DNA of 21,368 bases from Centroscyllium fabricii (lineage: Eukaryota): assembly GCA_051313645.2 (NCBI GenBank). It is one part of the record JBNRSN020000027.1 of this genome. One strand, 5' to 3'. Under the pieces are notes generated by a model that saw only the letters and a list, made by a program, of their open reading frames with translations, made no database searches and was not told the origin of the DNA. Position numbers and translations under genes: made by a program. This document shows positions 20,246 to 21,368 of this stretch, piece by piece. How positions within the stretch are numbered: position 1 is the stretch's first letter; each line of letters starts with the position of its first letter.

Positions 20246-21368
20246 ACAGTGCTGAATGTGTCATGCTTTGTCACATCTTGTGTGTTTTTACTGAACATTT
20301 GAATAAAAGCCTCTGCCAGGTATTCCTGACATAGTGGGTGGAATTCACTGCCATCCACAAAGAGTTTGCAGCCCTATTTGCATAAGGTCGGAGCAAAGCT
20401 TCTGATGGAAGTTCAGCGGCATCCCTGTCTCTTAGCAACAATATGCACTTTTGGTCCTTGCATTAAATTGACGGGTCCCTTTTTATTTCTTTCACATGGC
20501 GCTACACAATGAAATGTCACCCTCAAACCTGTGTCTGTCACTAGTAGGTCAACGTTTCTCTTCCTTTAAGTCCAATTAGAAGATGAAGCTATTCACTGAG
20601 CCCCAAAATGCTTCGTTTTATTTGTTAATATTAATAACATTTCCAGTATTAGTGGTCGGAGCTGCATAAACATTTTAGAGATAAGGACCAAATTACAGGC
20701 ACCTGCACAACAATGCATTTTGGAGACGGTAATAGGCTGCTCAGATTGGGGAGCAGTTTTGGGTCATATTCTCCACCCATTTAGTTGAGATAGGATTGAG
20801 CGCTGCACCGAGAACTGAATGTGCTGAGAAAATTAGTGACAACCTCTGTATGTCGATGGGAATTTCTGACATAATACAGCTGCTGAGAACTGGTGTTAAT
20901 GGAGGGTCAAATTAGGACAATAGTATCCATCACTTGCCTCATAGCGCCCCTGTCACCGCGGCCACTGTTGACTGCTCTATCACCCAGATTTTGGTTTATT
21001 CAATTACTCGGGATTTTCCCCTCTGTTGAGCGCCTAGTCGCTAATTTTGTCTTTTCGCATCAATAACACAGTTAAACTGTCTCTGCTTTTTTTTTATTGT
21101 TATTAATATTACGGAAGAATTTATCTCGCTCGCGTATTCGGGATAAATAAGAATAACGTTAATCAGGTTCAGAATGCAGAGATCCTGATGACTGGGGCAC
21201 CTGTCCAACAAGTAGCTGATGTGTTGTTTTTTGCAGACAACAGTATTTAAATCAAACTGTTGGGTAACAAGTGTTCCTAGAGGTGAATTGAGACAGAAAT
21301 ATTACAATACAAGTAAATAATAGGTGACTGTAGTTTGGGAAACTTATTTTGAGAATATACCTGTGTAG

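Noticed and set aside
15266-20358. Scattered 60-107-aa ORFs in the unique region (other than the CR1 fragment)
   Set aside because: Random AT-rich or low-complexity composition, no domains and no convincing splice-bounded exon chain. Small exons cannot be excluded without RNA-seq.

Overview
This is eukaryotic, almost certainly cartilaginous-fish (shark/ray), non-genic DNA. The taxon call is an inference from V-SINE/HE1-type SINEs that share their 3' tail with CR1/HER1-type LINEs. I can support no host protein-coding gene. The left ~12.4 kb is mostly stacked, nested transposons: (1) a head-to-head inverted Penelope-like element (RT + GIY-YIG) with a minimal hammerhead-ribozyme motif; (2) a nearly intact, 5'-truncated CR1 ORF2 split by a 730-bp PIF/Harbinger-type non-autonomous element, which has perfect 23-bp TIRs, a TTA duplication and an interior made mostly of ~11-bp-phased ACGAAT motifs; (3) a CpG-rich Tigger-like MITE carrying NRF1/YY1-like motifs; and (4) a recent 2.82-kb tandem duplication containing a full-length SINE plus Rex1/Babar and CR1 fragments. 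Further right are a 301-bp Penelope-derived palindrome with a 13-bp TSD, a possible solo LTR and one CR1 fragment. The remainder is TE-poor non-coding sequence that may be regulatory. I found no convincing novel protein system. The best candidates for something undescribed are the phased-motif Harbinger-type MITE, the Penelope palindrome/ribozyme architecture and the chimeric structured CR1 3' UTR.
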